A stretch of 64,000 nt of DNA from positions 62,001 through 126,000 of the IMG/VR virus record IMGVR_UViG_3300032088_001800, one strand, 5' to 3'. A model generated the notes under the pieces. It did not search any database, was not told the DNA's origin, and saw only the letters and a program-made list of their open reading frames with translations. This DNA is from an uncultured virus (IMG/VR IMGVR_UViG_3300032088_001800) (Duplodnaviria > Heunggongvirae > Uroviricota > Caudoviricetes). Position 1 is the stretch's first letter. Every line of letters starts with the position of its first letter. Position numbers and translations under genes: made by a program. Positions 8,844 to 19,699 of the stretch are shown in pieces.

Positions 8844-9284
8844 ATGGGAAGACCACTTAATAAAAGATTTTTCGGAGCACCAACAACAGATGGATCTGAA
8901 ATCAAAGTACAATTTAATGACGGCTCTGGTTCAATGCCAGGATACATTGTTAACCAAAAAGGTTCAAAGCGTTTTAATTGTTCAAATGCCGGCGGAACAA
9001 AAACAGATCTTTGTACACTAGTAGATAAAGATTCAGCAGATATTCTAGCAGGCGAAATGACAATTACAGTAGACGACGACGGCACAGCACGTCAAGTTAC
9101 TAAGATTACAGGACGCAAAGTTACTTTAGATGACGGATCAATTACAACTTGGGACTTCACAGGTACTGGTGATACAGTAGCAATTGAAGAAGCTGGTACA
9201 GCCGTAGGCGCAGGTACTGACACAGTACTAGGTACAGATGATGACGTACTAACAGGTGCTGACGATACTGAAGGCGACGACTAA
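8844..9284 (+). CDS. Hypothetical virion protein with acidic C-terminal tail
   Basis: Late promoter, strong SD, T/D/G-rich beta composition. Confidence 0.6.
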   Translation: MGRPLNKRFFGAPTTDGSEIKVQFNDGSGSMPGYIVNQKGSKRFNCSNAGGTKTDLCTLVDKDSADILAGEMTITVDDDGTARQVTKITGRKVTLDDGSITTWDFTGTGDTVAIEEAGTAVGAGTDTVLGTDDDVLTGADDTEGDD

Positions 9285-9290
9285 AAATAA

Positions 9291-9315
9291 TGTAGGGGGA
9301 TTTATTCCCCCTACA
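9291..9315. terminator. GC-rich hairpin (terminator or mRNA-stabilising stem)
   Basis: TGTAGGGGGA-TTTAT-TCCCCCTACA perfect 10 bp stem; T-rich tail only on the minus strand. Confidence 0.6.
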
Positions 9316-9333
9316 CTTAGCTAGGATTACATA

Positions 9334-10335
9334 ATGTCAAGATTTCTTAAAGTACCAAACGGTGATTACAAAATACAAGTACAAGATCAAGGATCTATTG
9401 TATTAGATACAGGCTTTCAAACAGGCCAAGTTCGTATCACTGGAGATCTTGTAGTTGAAGGCGACACAACAACTGTACAGTCTGAGAACATGAGTGTTAG
9501 AGATAACATAATTGTTATTAATGACGGAGAAGCAGGTGTAGGTGTTACATTAAATGAAGCAGGATTAAGAATTGATCGAGGTAGTTTAGTTGATGCATTT
9601 ATGGTGTTTGACGAAGACTTAACATGGACTGATCCAGTAACAGATAGTTTAAGAGAAGGTGCGTTTGTTTTCAAAGATGTAAACGGCGGAGCAGTTGGCT
9701 TACGATGTAATAGTATATCAACAGGCGGCGGCGACTTATACTTAATTAATTCAAGTACTGGTGTTGTTAGTGTATCAGGTACAAACAACTATGAAAATAA
9801 TGTTACTGACGATGACCACCTTCCTAATAAGAAATATGTAGATGATGAAATTATTAATGCGTTTGCTACAGTATTCCAAGCAAGAATTGGTGAAGGGTCT
9901 GTACTTCCTTCGTTTGTCGAAGTTGAAGATAACGAAGACACAACACTTCCAAGTGTTGTAAAGATTGGACTAGACGATGTTGTTGTAGCAGAGTTCTACC
10001 GCAACAGAATAGAATTAAACGATTTAAGAATCGAAGGAACAAAACTAGAAACAGTTAACTCTAATGAAGACTTAGTACTTTCTACACCAGGATCAGGCGT
10101 AGTACGAGTACAAGACGTACTAGAGATATCGTCAACACCTAGTATTGACGATCCAGATCAAAACTTATTACAAGCAGGTGTACAATATGAACCTAGCTTT
10201 CCGAGTAATGGTATTAGACTATATGTAAAAGAAAGAGAATTTGGCGGTAGCGGAGTTTTCTTCAAACATCAGGATCTAACTAGAGACGAATTAATAAGTA
10301 AGAATAGATCAATAGTTTATAGTATGATATTTTAA
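9334..10335 (+). CDS. Virion structural protein (baseplate/fibre-like)
   Basis: ITGDLVVEGDTTTV..DNIIVIN..AGLRIDRG fibre-type motifs; shares a beta repeat with downstream fibre genes. Confidence 0.6.
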   Translation: MSRFLKVPNGDYKIQVQDQGSIVLDTGFQTGQVRITGDLVVEGDTTTVQSENMSVRDNIIVINDGEAGVGVTLNEAGLRIDRGSLVDAFMVFDEDLTWTDPVTDSLREGAFVFKDVNGGAVGLRCNSISTGGGDLYLINSSTGVVSVSGTNNYENNVTDDDHLPNKKYVDDEIINAFATVFQARIGEGSVLPSFVEVEDNEDTTLPSVVKIGLDDVVVAEFYRNRIELNDLRIEGTKLETVNSNEDLVLSTPGSGVVRVQDVLEISSTPSIDDPDQNLLQAGVQYEPSFPSNGIRLYVKEREFGGSGVFFKHQDLTRDELISKNRSIVYSMIF

Positions 10336-10345
10336 AGGATAAAAG

Positions 10346-10723
10346 ATGGCAATTAGCAGTGTAGCAGTAGCAAATACAGATACAGATTTAATACTTGTAC
10401 CAGATCCGGTTGCAGGATGGGATCCTGCAACATCACCTGAACCTACAATAAGGTATGCAATTACAACTATTATGGTTTGTAATACTTGGGTACCTAATCC
10501 AGTTCATGAAGAAGATGGTATAACAAATTTTGATTTGCATCTTGTTAAAAGAGATGAACCAAAGAGTGACACAAATAAGATTATAAATGCTTTACAATTA
10601 CCTGCAGGTGAAACATTTACTTTTGATTCAGAAAAAATAATTCTAGAATCAGGTGATAAAGTAGTTATAGTAGGTGAATCGCCCACTAATCTAAGTGCAA
10701 CGGTAAGTTACTTAGAGGTATAA
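10346..10723 (+). CDS. Small virion protein; paralog of 18968 and 33822
   Basis: Shares (C)N..LP.....EK.I..G.K....SY.E pattern with 18968..19297. Confidence 0.55.
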   Translation: MAISSVAVANTDTDLILVPDPVAGWDPATSPEPTIRYAITTIMVCNTWVPNPVHEEDGITNFDLHLVKRDEPKSDTNKIINALQLPAGETFTFDSEKIILESGDKVVIVGESPTNLSATVSYLEV

Positions 10724-10724
10724 A

Positions 10725-11234
10725 ATGAGATTAATTAAAGCACAAAGCACAAATTTAAGAAGTATCCGAGGCAAAGGCGTTAGGTACGATATAAATGACC
10801 AAGTTATTATGGATTCAAAGACTGGTATGCTTGTGCCTAAAGGACCTGAAAGAGATAGACCTTTTTATCCTGAAAATGGATTTGTTAGATATAATACAAA
10901 TACAAGTCAATTAGAAGCATATCAAAACGGTGCTTGGAGAAATATTAAGTTTAAAGAACCTAATCAAGATCCTGGTATTGTACAGCAGTCATTAGGTGTC
11001 GGCGACGAAGTTGAAACAGACTTTGGACCATTAAACAGTGCTGATGCAGACTTTCCTGTGCCAGCTGCTGCACAAAATGTCTTAGTATTTGTTGAAAACG
11101 TATTCCAAATTTCAACAACAAACTATATACTGGTTCAAAATCCAGCAGGAAAAACACCAGGATGGTATATTAGGTTTAGCACAGCAGTTCCATTCGGAAA
11201 ACCAGTTACTGTACTACATAACTTTGACAAGTAA
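10725..11234 (+). CDS. Virion structural protein
   Basis: VPKG...RP....GFVRYNT....EAY..GAW repeat shared with neighbouring fibre proteins. Confidence 0.6.
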   Translation: MRLIKAQSTNLRSIRGKGVRYDINDQVIMDSKTGMLVPKGPERDRPFYPENGFVRYNTNTSQLEAYQNGAWRNIKFKEPNQDPGIVQQSLGVGDEVETDFGPLNSADADFPVPAAAQNVLVFVENVFQISTTNYILVQNPAGKTPGWYIRFSTAVPFGKPVTVLHNFDK

Positions 11235-11238
11235 AACC

Positions 11239-11246
11239 TATAAATA
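11239..11246 (+). promoter_or_regulatory. Late promoter TATAAATA
   Basis: Exact consensus, followed by SD AGGAG and ATG 11265. Confidence 0.8.
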
Positions 11247-11264
11247 CATTGTATAGGAGTTAAT

Positions 11265-14200
11265 ATGTCACAGTCTGGTAGAATAAGTGGCGGCGTTCTA
11301 AGAGCCAACATTGAAATTAATGAAAATAATGCAGGAAAAGATTTTCTAAATTTTAAGAATTCTGGCGCAAGCACAGCAGTATTACACATAGATCCACTAA
11401 CAAGTAGGATTGGTGTAAATATGGAAAATCCATCTCGTCCGTTAGAAGCTCCTGTTAAAATTCGTACTACACATCTTGATGCAGATACAATGTATTTGCC
11501 TAACTTTACTATCGACGGCAACATTACAAATAATATAGGCCCAACTACATACATTGGTGCTGCAACAAAAATTGTTAGTAGTAGTATTGCTGTTGCTGAT
11601 CTAATAATAGATAATCAAGAAATTAGAAGTAGACTTACTGATAGTAATATTAATTTACAACCTGGTACTGGCGGTACAGTAAATGTATTCAATGATGTTA
11701 ATGTATTTGGATCACTAAATGCAACAGGAAACATTTCACATGCAGGTAGCTTAATATTTGGTGATAATCTTGCTGAAGACACAGTTGCATTTGACGTTGA
11801 CGTAAACAGTGATCTTATACCTGATGCTTCTAGTACATATAATTTAGGAAGTCCAACTAAACGTTGGGGATCTGCTCATATTAATTTACTTAATGGCGAT
11901 GCAATCCGAGCAGGATCAATATCAACAAATATTGTAAACAGTGAATTACGTCCAGGAAATATATTTTATGTTTCAATAAACGGCGACGATACTAATGTAG
12001 GTGATCATCCTCAAGGTCCATTTAGAACATTAACTCGTGCATTACAAGCAGCAGACTCAAGTGCAGGCGGACCGGTTAATATAAAAATAACACCTGGAGA
12101 ATACCAAGAGCAATTACCATTAATAATTCCTCCTAATACTACAGTTGCAGGCGCTGACTTAAGAAATTGTATAATATCGCCAGCAGCAGGATACACTGAT
12201 AAAGATGTATTCTTACTTGACGATAGTACAGGGGTAGAAAATTTAACTATCAAAGATTTCTTTTATAATAGCGGAAATAACACCGGACATGCCTTCAGAT
12301 TTAGAAACGGCGGCGCAGTCACTACTAGATCTCCGTATGTTAGGAATTGTACAGTAATTACAGCAGGTAGTGTTACGTCAGTTAGTGATCCAAGAGGTTA
12401 CGATCAAGGCGATGCAGGACGCGGTGCATACATTGATGGTGCTGAATTAGATAATGCAAGTATAAATGCTGCATTATTGTTTCATGCTGCAACATTTATT
12501 ACTCCAGGAGTCGATGCTGTAACAATGACAAACGGTTGTAGAGTCGAATGGTTAAACTCATTTACTTACTTTGCAGCAAAAGGATTACGAGCAGTTAGAG
12601 GTTCAACAGGTAGAACTAGTACAGATGGTAGCACAGTTGAATACGGAGCAGAAGTAAGAGCAATTGGTTCTGCAAACGTATACGGCGGCATTGGTGCTGA
12701 AGCAGACGGTGATGGTACAATAATGTATCTTATTAATCATAACTTTGCATACATCGGTGTTGGTAAAGATATTACAAATGATGCTACACTTGTTGATTCG
12801 TCTCAAGTAGCATTACAGCTTAATACTGGTAAGATATTCTATAGTGCTACAGATCAAGTAGGTAAATTTAATGTTGGTGATGATTTCTTTGTAGATTTAG
12901 ACAAAGGTATTACAAATATTGACACTTCAAATGTGAATTTTGATGGATTAAATAGCCTTGCTATACAAGGAACCAATAGTAGAACATTATTAAGTTCAGA
13001 AGCTGTAGATACTGGCAATTTAAGACTTGCTGGTAACACATTATTTTCTTTATCAGGCGATGTAAATGTTACTGCGGCAACTTCAACAACTAATTTACAA
13101 AATAATGTAAGTATGAAAAAAGACTTGTCAATGACAGGCGACTTTACTATTGATGGGACATTAATAACTTTTGGTAATCAGTTTCAAGACACAGTTACAT
13201 TTAATGTAGACATTGATCAAAATCTTAATCCTGATAACACACAAGAACATATATTAGGATCTTCTAGTTACAGATGGAATGTTGCATACCTAAGTAAAGC
13301 AGAATTAGATGGTATACAAATTTTTGATAACCAAATAACTACTAAAGATACTAATGCAAATTTAGAACTTCTTAGCAACGGCGGGTCAGGAGTTGTATCG
13401 TTGGAAAACGTTACATTTAGAGATAATGTTATTAGTACGTATGCCGGAGATCTAAATTTAAATATCACAACTGATTTCCTTGATATACAAAGTGAAAAAT
13501 TTGTACTATCTAATGGTACAACAGCTCAACAAATTAGTAATCAGTCTGCATTAAGATTTAACACACAAACAGGATTGTTTGAAGGATACGGCGATGGTAG
13601 GATTACATTTAGAGGCGTATACTCAGATGATCAAAGAACAAAAGTAGTTGCACACAAAACAAATAATACTTTAAACTTCTATGTTAATAATATAGAAGTT
13701 GGCGAAGTTAATGCAATGGGTTTAGAAATAAACGGATTACAAAGTGACGGAATATTAATTAACGATAACGTAATTACTACTAACGAAACTAATGCAAATT
13801 TAGAACTACGCAGAACAACAAACGAAACTATACGATTAAATGATCAAGAATATATTAGAGATAATATAATTACAAATAATAATCCTGCTGGGGCAATGAT
13901 ATTAGGTACTACAGATAACGGATTTATAAAGTTTGTAGGTACTACAGGTACGTTCCTTAGTACAAGTGGTCAAGTTTCAATAGATGATATATCAGCAGTA
14001 AGTATTGCTACAAATACTGTTACTGGATCTAATATTTTTGCAACAACAGCTGGTGGTGTAAGTATACAATCTGCAGGAACCGGAGTAGGTGATAATGGAG
14101 GGTTTGCAACTAACACACACTATCTATTTACAAGTACATCTAATACTAGCATAGAAACAAGCGAACTTGATCTTACTAACTTTAGCGGAGCTTCTTTGGA

Positions 14201-15086
14201 AGGTAAAGTTATTGTTGGCACAGGATCAAATGGTAGACAGCGTCCAGAAAATTTAGAAACATTGTTGTTCCAATGGTCAGATGATAACACAAATTGGCAA
14301 ACTATAGGAACTATTGCATCAGGAGCAACAGCAGCAGAACAAGCTGATTGGTCTGACTTTGAAGTTAGAGTACCATTAGACGTATTTGGACTTGCTATTC
14401 CTGCTGCAAATGGATCTATAACAACATCTGAAATTGGAAGTTCGTCAAATGCAAGCAATCAAACCTTTAGATTAAATATTGAAGACTTGTTAGGATTTGA
14501 ACCTGATAATGCAACTATTACTTCAATTGAGTTTAGAGGTGACTTTGGTGATAATACAGAATATGTTGATGTAACAATTAACGGTGTAACATATAGAATA
14601 GGCGAAACAGAAGATGCAGGTGACAGTGCAGTATTTTTGCCAAGCACCAACGGAACAAATATTGATATAACTAGTTTGCTTAATGAAGTAGATTTTCAAA
14701 CAGGATTTGAAGTTAGTGTAAATCCGTCTAGCGATATTAGTTTTGATACTGTAGGTATTGGAGACTGGTGGCAACTACGATTTAATATTGATGCGACAAG
14801 AGATGAAGTAAGTACAGATATATCACAAGTTAAATTTAGATTGTTTGAAAACGTTACATCATTAGATGATGGCGATAATTTTGGGGTTACTGATTTATCA
14901 CTTAGATATTCTACTGATGAAAGTGTTAGTCCTGAAATTGGTGCAATAAGATTTAATATAGGTTCTAAGCAACAAGAAGTATACAATGGTACAATATGGA
15001 TACCAGGTACTGGTCAAGAAGAAGATCCTGTAACTAATGAAGTTATGGAAGATCTTAGTAACGAATGGACGTTAATCCTAGGCTAA
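11265..15086 (+). CDS. Large tail fibre/baseplate protein with DUF1565/beta-helix-like region; paralog of 15232
   Basis: IFYVSINGDD...PFRTLTRAL..PGEYQE, RSPYVRN motifs and repeated NANLEL..G.G.V units. Confidence 0.7.
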   Translation: MSQSGRISGGVLRANIEINENNAGKDFLNFKNSGASTAVLHIDPLTSRIGVNMENPSRPLEAPVKIRTTHLDADTMYLPNFTIDGNITNNIGPTTYIGAATKIVSSSIAVADLIIDNQEIRSRLTDSNINLQPGTGGTVNVFNDVNVFGSLNATGNISHAGSLIFGDNLAEDTVAFDVDVNSDLIPDASSTYNLGSPTKRWGSAHINLLNGDAIRAGSISTNIVNSELRPGNIFYVSINGDDTNVGDHPQGPFRTLTRALQAADSSAGGPVNIKITPGEYQEQLPLIIPPNTTVAGADLRNCIISPAAGYTDKDVFLLDDSTGVENLTIKDFFYNSGNNTGHAFRFRNGGAVTTRSPYVRNCTVITAGSVTSVSDPRGYDQGDAGRGAYIDGAELDNASINAALLFHAATFITPGVDAVTMTNGCRVEWLNSFTYFAAKGLRAVRGSTGRTSTDGSTVEYGAEVRAIGSANVYGGIGAEADGDGTIMYLINHNFAYIGVGKDITNDATLVDSSQVALQLNTGKIFYSATDQVGKFNVGDDFFVDLDKGITNIDTSNVNFDGLNSLAIQGTNSRTLLSSEAVDTGNLRLAGNTLFSLSGDVNVTAATSTTNLQNNVSMKKDLSMTGDFTIDGTLITFGNQFQDTVTFNVDIDQNLNPDNTQEHILGSSSYRWNVAYLSKAELDGIQIFDNQITTKDTNANLELLSNGGSGVVSLENVTFRDNVISTYAGDLNLNITTDFLDIQSEKFVLSNGTTAQQISNQSALRFNTQTGLFEGYGDGRITFRGVYSDDQRTKVVAHKTNNTLNFYVNNIEVGEVNAMGLEINGLQSDGILINDNVITTNETNANLELRRTTNETIRLNDQEYIRDNIITNNNPAGAMILGTTDNGFIKFVGTTGTFLSTSGQVSIDDISAVSIATNTVTGSNIFATTAGGVSIQSAGTGVGDNGGFATNTHYLFTSTSNTSIETSELDLTNFSGASLEGKVIVGTGSNGRQRPENLETLLFQWSDDNTNWQTIGTIASGATAAEQADWSDFEVRVPLDVFGLAIPAANGSITTSEIGSSSNASNQTFRLNIEDLLGFEPDNATITSIEFRGDFGDNTEYVDVTINGVTYRIGETEDAGDSAVFLPSTNGTNIDITSLLNEVDFQTGFEVSVNPSSDISFDTVGIGDWWQLRFNIDATRDEVSTDISQVKFRLFENVTSLDDGDNFGVTDLSLRYSTDESVSPEIGAIRFNIGSKQQEVYNGTIWIPGTGQEEDPVTNEVMEDLSNEWTLILG

Positions 15087-15108
15087 CGTAGCCCTTTTCT
15101 TTATTTTT
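15081..15108 (+). terminator. Weak terminator overlapping the stop of 11265..15086
   Basis: GGCTA-ACG-TAGCC followed by CTTTTCTTTATTTTT. Confidence 0.5.
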
Positions 15109-15109
15109 G

Positions 15110-15231
15110 ATAAATATTATTAATGCAACGTATGACCAATACTTGCAGGGACAAACTGTGGTTAGCCAGCAAAGAACCGTAAGGGTGAGAATTAGGCTAG
15201 AGGGACAGGATCCCCGTATTGAGGAGAAAAG
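15110..15231 (+). promoter_or_regulatory. Late promoter ATAAATA (15110-15116) plus a structured 115-nt leader
   Basis: Nested pairings GGGA/TCCC, CTGT/ACAG, TTAGCC/GGCTAG and GTAA tetraloop; SD GAGGAG. Confidence 0.6.
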
Positions 15232-18200
15232 ATGGCTGTTGGTCGCATATCCGGTCCGCTCTTGAAGCAAAACTTACTTCGTGAAGGAGTAGACTTAGCT
15301 TTTGAGACTGACTTACTTTATCTAGATGTGAATAACAACCGCATCGGTATTAACAAAACAAATCCTCAATTCGATTTAGATGTTAATGGTATAGTACGCA
15401 CCCCCACTGTTGAAGCAACAACATTCGCCGATATAAGCGGCGTTCAATTCTCTGGTGATACAATATCTACTACAAATAGCACACTTACAATCGGTACAGG
15501 CGACAATGTAGTATATCAAAACAGATTAGAAATTGATGACATTAATTTAGAAAATAATGTTATTAGTACAGACAATACAAATGCAAATATAGAATTTAGA
15601 CCAAACGGAACTGGTAGTGTCGAAGTACATTCTGACATGAACGTAACAGGTAACATATTTGCAACAGGAAATATTACAGCAGACGGCGAAATTACTATTG
15701 GTGATGCTGATACAGACTTCATTACATTTAATGCTGAAGTAAACAGTAATATTATACCAGACATAGATAACACATACAGCTTAGGTAGTGATCCTGATCT
15801 AGGAGGTAAGCAATGGGGTGATGTCTATGTGCAAAATTTCTTTGCAGGAACAATTGATACAACTGGATTAATAGTTGACGGCATAGATTTAAATCTACGC
15901 CCAGGCAATACAATCTTTGTTGCAGAAAATGGTGATGATGCTAGTTCAGGTGATCATCCACAAGCACCATATGCTAGTGTAGCACAAGCATTAACAACAG
16001 CAACAGCAGGTGATACTGTTTATATTATGCCTGGTGTTTATACAGAAGTGTTTCCACTTACAATACCTACAGGTGTAAATGTACACGGACATAGTTTGAG
16101 AAGTGTTACAATACAACCAACTGCTGGTACAGTAACTAATGATGCGTTTATTCTAAATGGTGAAACTACAGTTGAAGAATTAACAATTACAGGATTTAAT
16201 TTTGATGCCGGCAACAACACAGGTTACGCATTTAAGTTTAATTCAACATTCCAAGTAAACAGCAGATCACCTTACATAAGAAACGTAAGTGTTATTACAA
16301 CAGGTACAACAACTACAGCGGAAGATCCAAGAGGATTTAATACAGGTGATGCAGGTAAAGGTGCATACTTAGACGGAAGTTTAGCAACGCCTGCAAGTAA
16401 AGAAGCAGCATGTTTATTTCACGCTGTAACATTTATTACTCCTGGAGTTGATGCTGTTACATTTACAAATGGTGTTAGAATAGAATGGCTAAACTGCTTT
16501 ACATATTTTGCTAATAGAGGCGTATACTGTGTTGATGGCACAGACGGAAAAGCAAGTGTTGGCAAAACAGCACTTCGTGTTAGTGATTTAACAGGAACAA
16601 TTACACAAGGCGAAACTGTAACATATTATGATACAGACGGAGTAACAGTATTAGCAACAAGCACAGTCGAAAGTGTTGATGCAGATAACAAATTTTATGT
16701 AAGTGGAAAAGTTACAGGATTTGAAACAGCTGAAGAACGCCCAGGAAAACAAGTTACCGCAAACGGTGACGCACAACTTGACACATCTATCAAAAAGTTT
16801 GGTACAGCAAGTTTACAAGTTGACGGCACTGGTGATTATGCAAGTATACAGCCACAAAATGATTTTGGTTTTGGAACTGGCGACTTTACAATTGAAACTT
16901 GGATTTACCTTCCTTCAACACCTGCAACCAACAATGTATTAATAGATTTAAGAGCAGCACTTGATAGTGACGTTGCTCCAATGCTTAAAACAAGTAATGG
17001 ATCTCTTTATTACTTTACTGACAATGCAAATAAGATTACAGCAGCAGGCGCAATATCAGCAACAACATGGCATCATATTGCTTTAACACGTAACGGCACT
17101 GATACAAAATTATTTGTAGACGGAACACAAGTAGGTACAACTTACACTGATAATAATGATTACGGAACTGCTAAACCATTAACAATTGGTGCAGCACATG
17201 ATGCATCTGATGCAACAACAGGTCATTTTGATGATGTTAGAGTTATAAAAGGTACAGCAATATATACTGCAAACTTTACTGCACCTACAGTAAATTTATA
17301 TGCAACTCCTACTACAGTATTATTACTTAGATTTAACGGAGTTGATGAGTCTACAACTTTTGAAGATGAAGTAATTTACGCACAAGATATTAGATTTAGT
17401 GGCGGTGCAACAGCAACTAGAATTACACTTGCAGATTACACAGATTTCGGCGCAGAAGTTAGAATGATTGGTAGTGCAAGTGTATATGGTAACTATGGTA
17501 TTTGGGGCGACGGTCCAGGGGTTATTGTATATGCAATTGGACAAAACTTAGCATACATTGGTAACGGCAAAGAAGTTACTAACGATGCAACAACAGTTAT
17601 ACAAGCAAACGAAGTAGTTGAATTAAACAATGCAAAAGTAAGATACAACTCAGTTGACCATAAAGGCGACTTTAGAGTAGGCGACTTGTTCTACGTTAAC
17701 CAAGAAACTGGCGTAATAACATTTACAAGTTCTAACTTTAATGTATCTGCTGGACAAGGACTTACTTTCACAGATGGCGGCAACACTACATTTGTTGACG
17801 GCAATAGAATTGACACAGGTAATTTAAGACTTAGTGGTAATACATTAGAAAGCCTTTCAGGAGACGTTAACGTAACTGCTGCAAGTGATCAAATTAATTT
17901 AAACAATAATGTTAATATTACAGGAAACTTAGATGTTACTGGTAATGTTACAATTGGCGGCGACATTACAATTGGTGATGAAGCATCTGACGCAATAGAA
18001 TTTATAGCTGGCATAAACAGTGATATTGTTCCTGCACAAAACAGTACATATAGCTTAGGTACTCCTAGTAGAATTTGGAAAAATATTTGGGCTAATCAAG
18101 CAGAAATAGACGATATAAGAATCACACAAAATTATATTACTACTACAGCAACAAACGCTAACTTAGAATTAAGATCAAGTGGTACAGGTAGTATAGTAAT

Positions 18201-18963
18201 TGATAACTTGACTGTAGACGACATTACAGTTTCAAGTACATCAGATATAAATTTAGCAGCAGCAAGCGGATATGTAAAAATACAAACTACTGGTGCTATA
18301 AAACTTCCAACAGGTACTACAGCAGAAAGACCAGCAGTTGAACCAGGCATTGTAAGATTTAATACACAGTTGAACAGATTTGAAGGTTACGATGGAAGTG
18401 ACTGGATACAACTAAATGGTGTTATTGATCTTGATGGTGATACACAAATTAGAGCTGAACAAACACAAGGTGCAAATGACAATATTATAAGATTTGATAT
18501 TGCAGGCACTACTGTAGCAGACCTTAATGGAACAAGATTAGCAGTTCCAAGATTAACCGTAGATGACATCGAAATCGACACTAATGTGATAACTACAGTT
18601 ACAACAGATACAGATTTAGAACTAAAGGCACAAGGAACAGGCAGCGTATTATTAGAGAATTTTGCATTTGATGATAACAAAATTACTAATACAGTTACTG
18701 ATAGTATAACACAATTTGTTAGCACAGGTAACGGGTACGTAAAAATTGATGGCACCAACGGTGTTGTTATTCCGGTAGGTACAAACCTTAATAGACCGGC
18801 CCCAGCTTTCACAGAAGTTGGTATGTTAAGATTTAATACGTCAGATGGACGAGTTGAAGCATACGACGGATTGCAATGGGGTTCAGTTGCTGGACAAACA
18901 GGTGCTATTACAACAATTGACGCAGGTTTCTTAGCAGTAGAAACAGTTTTATACTTAGGATAA
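15232..18963 (+). CDS. Large tail fibre protein with an inserted LamG/concanavalin-like domain
   Basis: Paralogous to 11265; FGTGDFTIETW...WHHIALTR....KLFVDG...GHFDDVRV LamG-like motif at about 16750-17370. Confidence 0.75.
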   Translation: MAVGRISGPLLKQNLLREGVDLAFETDLLYLDVNNNRIGINKTNPQFDLDVNGIVRTPTVEATTFADISGVQFSGDTISTTNSTLTIGTGDNVVYQNRLEIDDINLENNVISTDNTNANIEFRPNGTGSVEVHSDMNVTGNIFATGNITADGEITIGDADTDFITFNAEVNSNIIPDIDNTYSLGSDPDLGGKQWGDVYVQNFFAGTIDTTGLIVDGIDLNLRPGNTIFVAENGDDASSGDHPQAPYASVAQALTTATAGDTVYIMPGVYTEVFPLTIPTGVNVHGHSLRSVTIQPTAGTVTNDAFILNGETTVEELTITGFNFDAGNNTGYAFKFNSTFQVNSRSPYIRNVSVITTGTTTTAEDPRGFNTGDAGKGAYLDGSLATPASKEAACLFHAVTFITPGVDAVTFTNGVRIEWLNCFTYFANRGVYCVDGTDGKASVGKTALRVSDLTGTITQGETVTYYDTDGVTVLATSTVESVDADNKFYVSGKVTGFETAEERPGKQVTANGDAQLDTSIKKFGTASLQVDGTGDYASIQPQNDFGFGTGDFTIETWIYLPSTPATNNVLIDLRAALDSDVAPMLKTSNGSLYYFTDNANKITAAGAISATTWHHIALTRNGTDTKLFVDGTQVGTTYTDNNDYGTAKPLTIGAAHDASDATTGHFDDVRVIKGTAIYTANFTAPTVNLYATPTTVLLLRFNGVDESTTFEDEVIYAQDIRFSGGATATRITLADYTDFGAEVRMIGSASVYGNYGIWGDGPGVIVYAIGQNLAYIGNGKEVTNDATTVIQANEVVELNNAKVRYNSVDHKGDFRVGDLFYVNQETGVITFTSSNFNVSAGQGLTFTDGGNTTFVDGNRIDTGNLRLSGNTLESLSGDVNVTAASDQINLNNNVNITGNLDVTGNVTIGGDITIGDEASDAIEFIAGINSDIVPAQNSTYSLGTPSRIWKNIWANQAEIDDIRITQNYITTTATNANLELRSSGTGSIVIDNLTVDDITVSSTSDINLAAASGYVKIQTTGAIKLPTGTTAERPAVEPGIVRFNTQLNRFEGYDGSDWIQLNGVIDLDGDTQIRAEQTQGANDNIIRFDIAGTTVADLNGTRLAVPRLTVDDIEIDTNVITTVTTDTDLELKAQGTGSVLLENFAFDDNKITNTVTDSITQFVSTGNGYVKIDGTNGVVIPVGTNLNRPAPAFTEVGMLRFNTSDGRVEAYDGLQWGSVAGQTGAITTIDAGFLAVETVLYLG

Positions 18964-18967
18964 CACA

Positions 18968-19297
18968 ATGGCAACATTTTTTAGAAATAACGTAATAAAA
19001 GAAATTGGCACAAAGCCTGTAGAAATTCTACAGACAACGCCAGCAAACAGGGCAACAGTGATTGGACTAAGTTTAACAAATTTAACTACTAGTTTTGTTT
19101 ACTGTAGTGTATTAATACAGGATGATACTAGTGTTACTGGTTTCTACTTAAAAGAAACATTGTTGCCAGCAAACACAAGTTTGCGAGTAGTATCAACAGG
19201 TGAAAAATTAATTATTGCACCGTCAAACAAATTACTTGTACAAGCAAGTGTAAACGATTCAATTGATTGCGTATTAAGTTACGTAGAGATTACATAA
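18968..19297 (+). CDS. Small virion protein
   Basis: Paralog of 10346 and 33822; in the tail operon. Confidence 0.6.
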   Translation: MATFFRNNVIKEIGTKPVEILQTTPANRATVIGLSLTNLTTSFVYCSVLIQDDTSVTGFYLKETLLPANTSLRVVSTGEKLIIAPSNKLLVQASVNDSIDCVLSYVEIT

Positions 19298-19307
19298 GGA
19301 AATAGAT

Positions 19308-19688
19308 ATGTCATATTATGTAGGTAACAATCCACAAGACGTAGTAAACGGAATTATTAAACGTTATTTCTACGGTATGCGCAGAAACGATGACGGAGAA
19401 CTATTTCTAGTTAGATCCGATCAGTTACAAGGCGGCGAAGAACAAACAGTTACAGTTAACGATCTTGGAACAGCAGATGGAAACTTTCCAGACTTTGAAG
19501 AAGGTATTGATTTCTTAGACGGTATTGATGAAGATCATAACTTTCTTTATGAAAATTTAAGATATCCTCAAATTAAATGGGATGGTAGATCAATATTGTA
19601 CTACGTTGATCCAGCAGATGGTCAACTTATATTAAGAATTAGTGAAGGATATGAGTATCCGCAAAATATTTCAGCAGAAGGATACTAA
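19308..19688 (+). CDS. Hypothetical virion-associated protein
   Basis: 126 aa ORF with AAGGA RBS, tightly packed in the tail operon. Confidence 0.6.
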   Translation: MSYYVGNNPQDVVNGIIKRYFYGMRRNDDGELFLVRSDQLQGGEEQTVTVNDLGTADGNFPDFEEGIDFLDGIDEDHNFLYENLRYPQIKWDGRSILYYVDPADGQLILRISEGYEYPQNISAEGY

Positions 19689-19699
19689 GGGGTTTTTAA

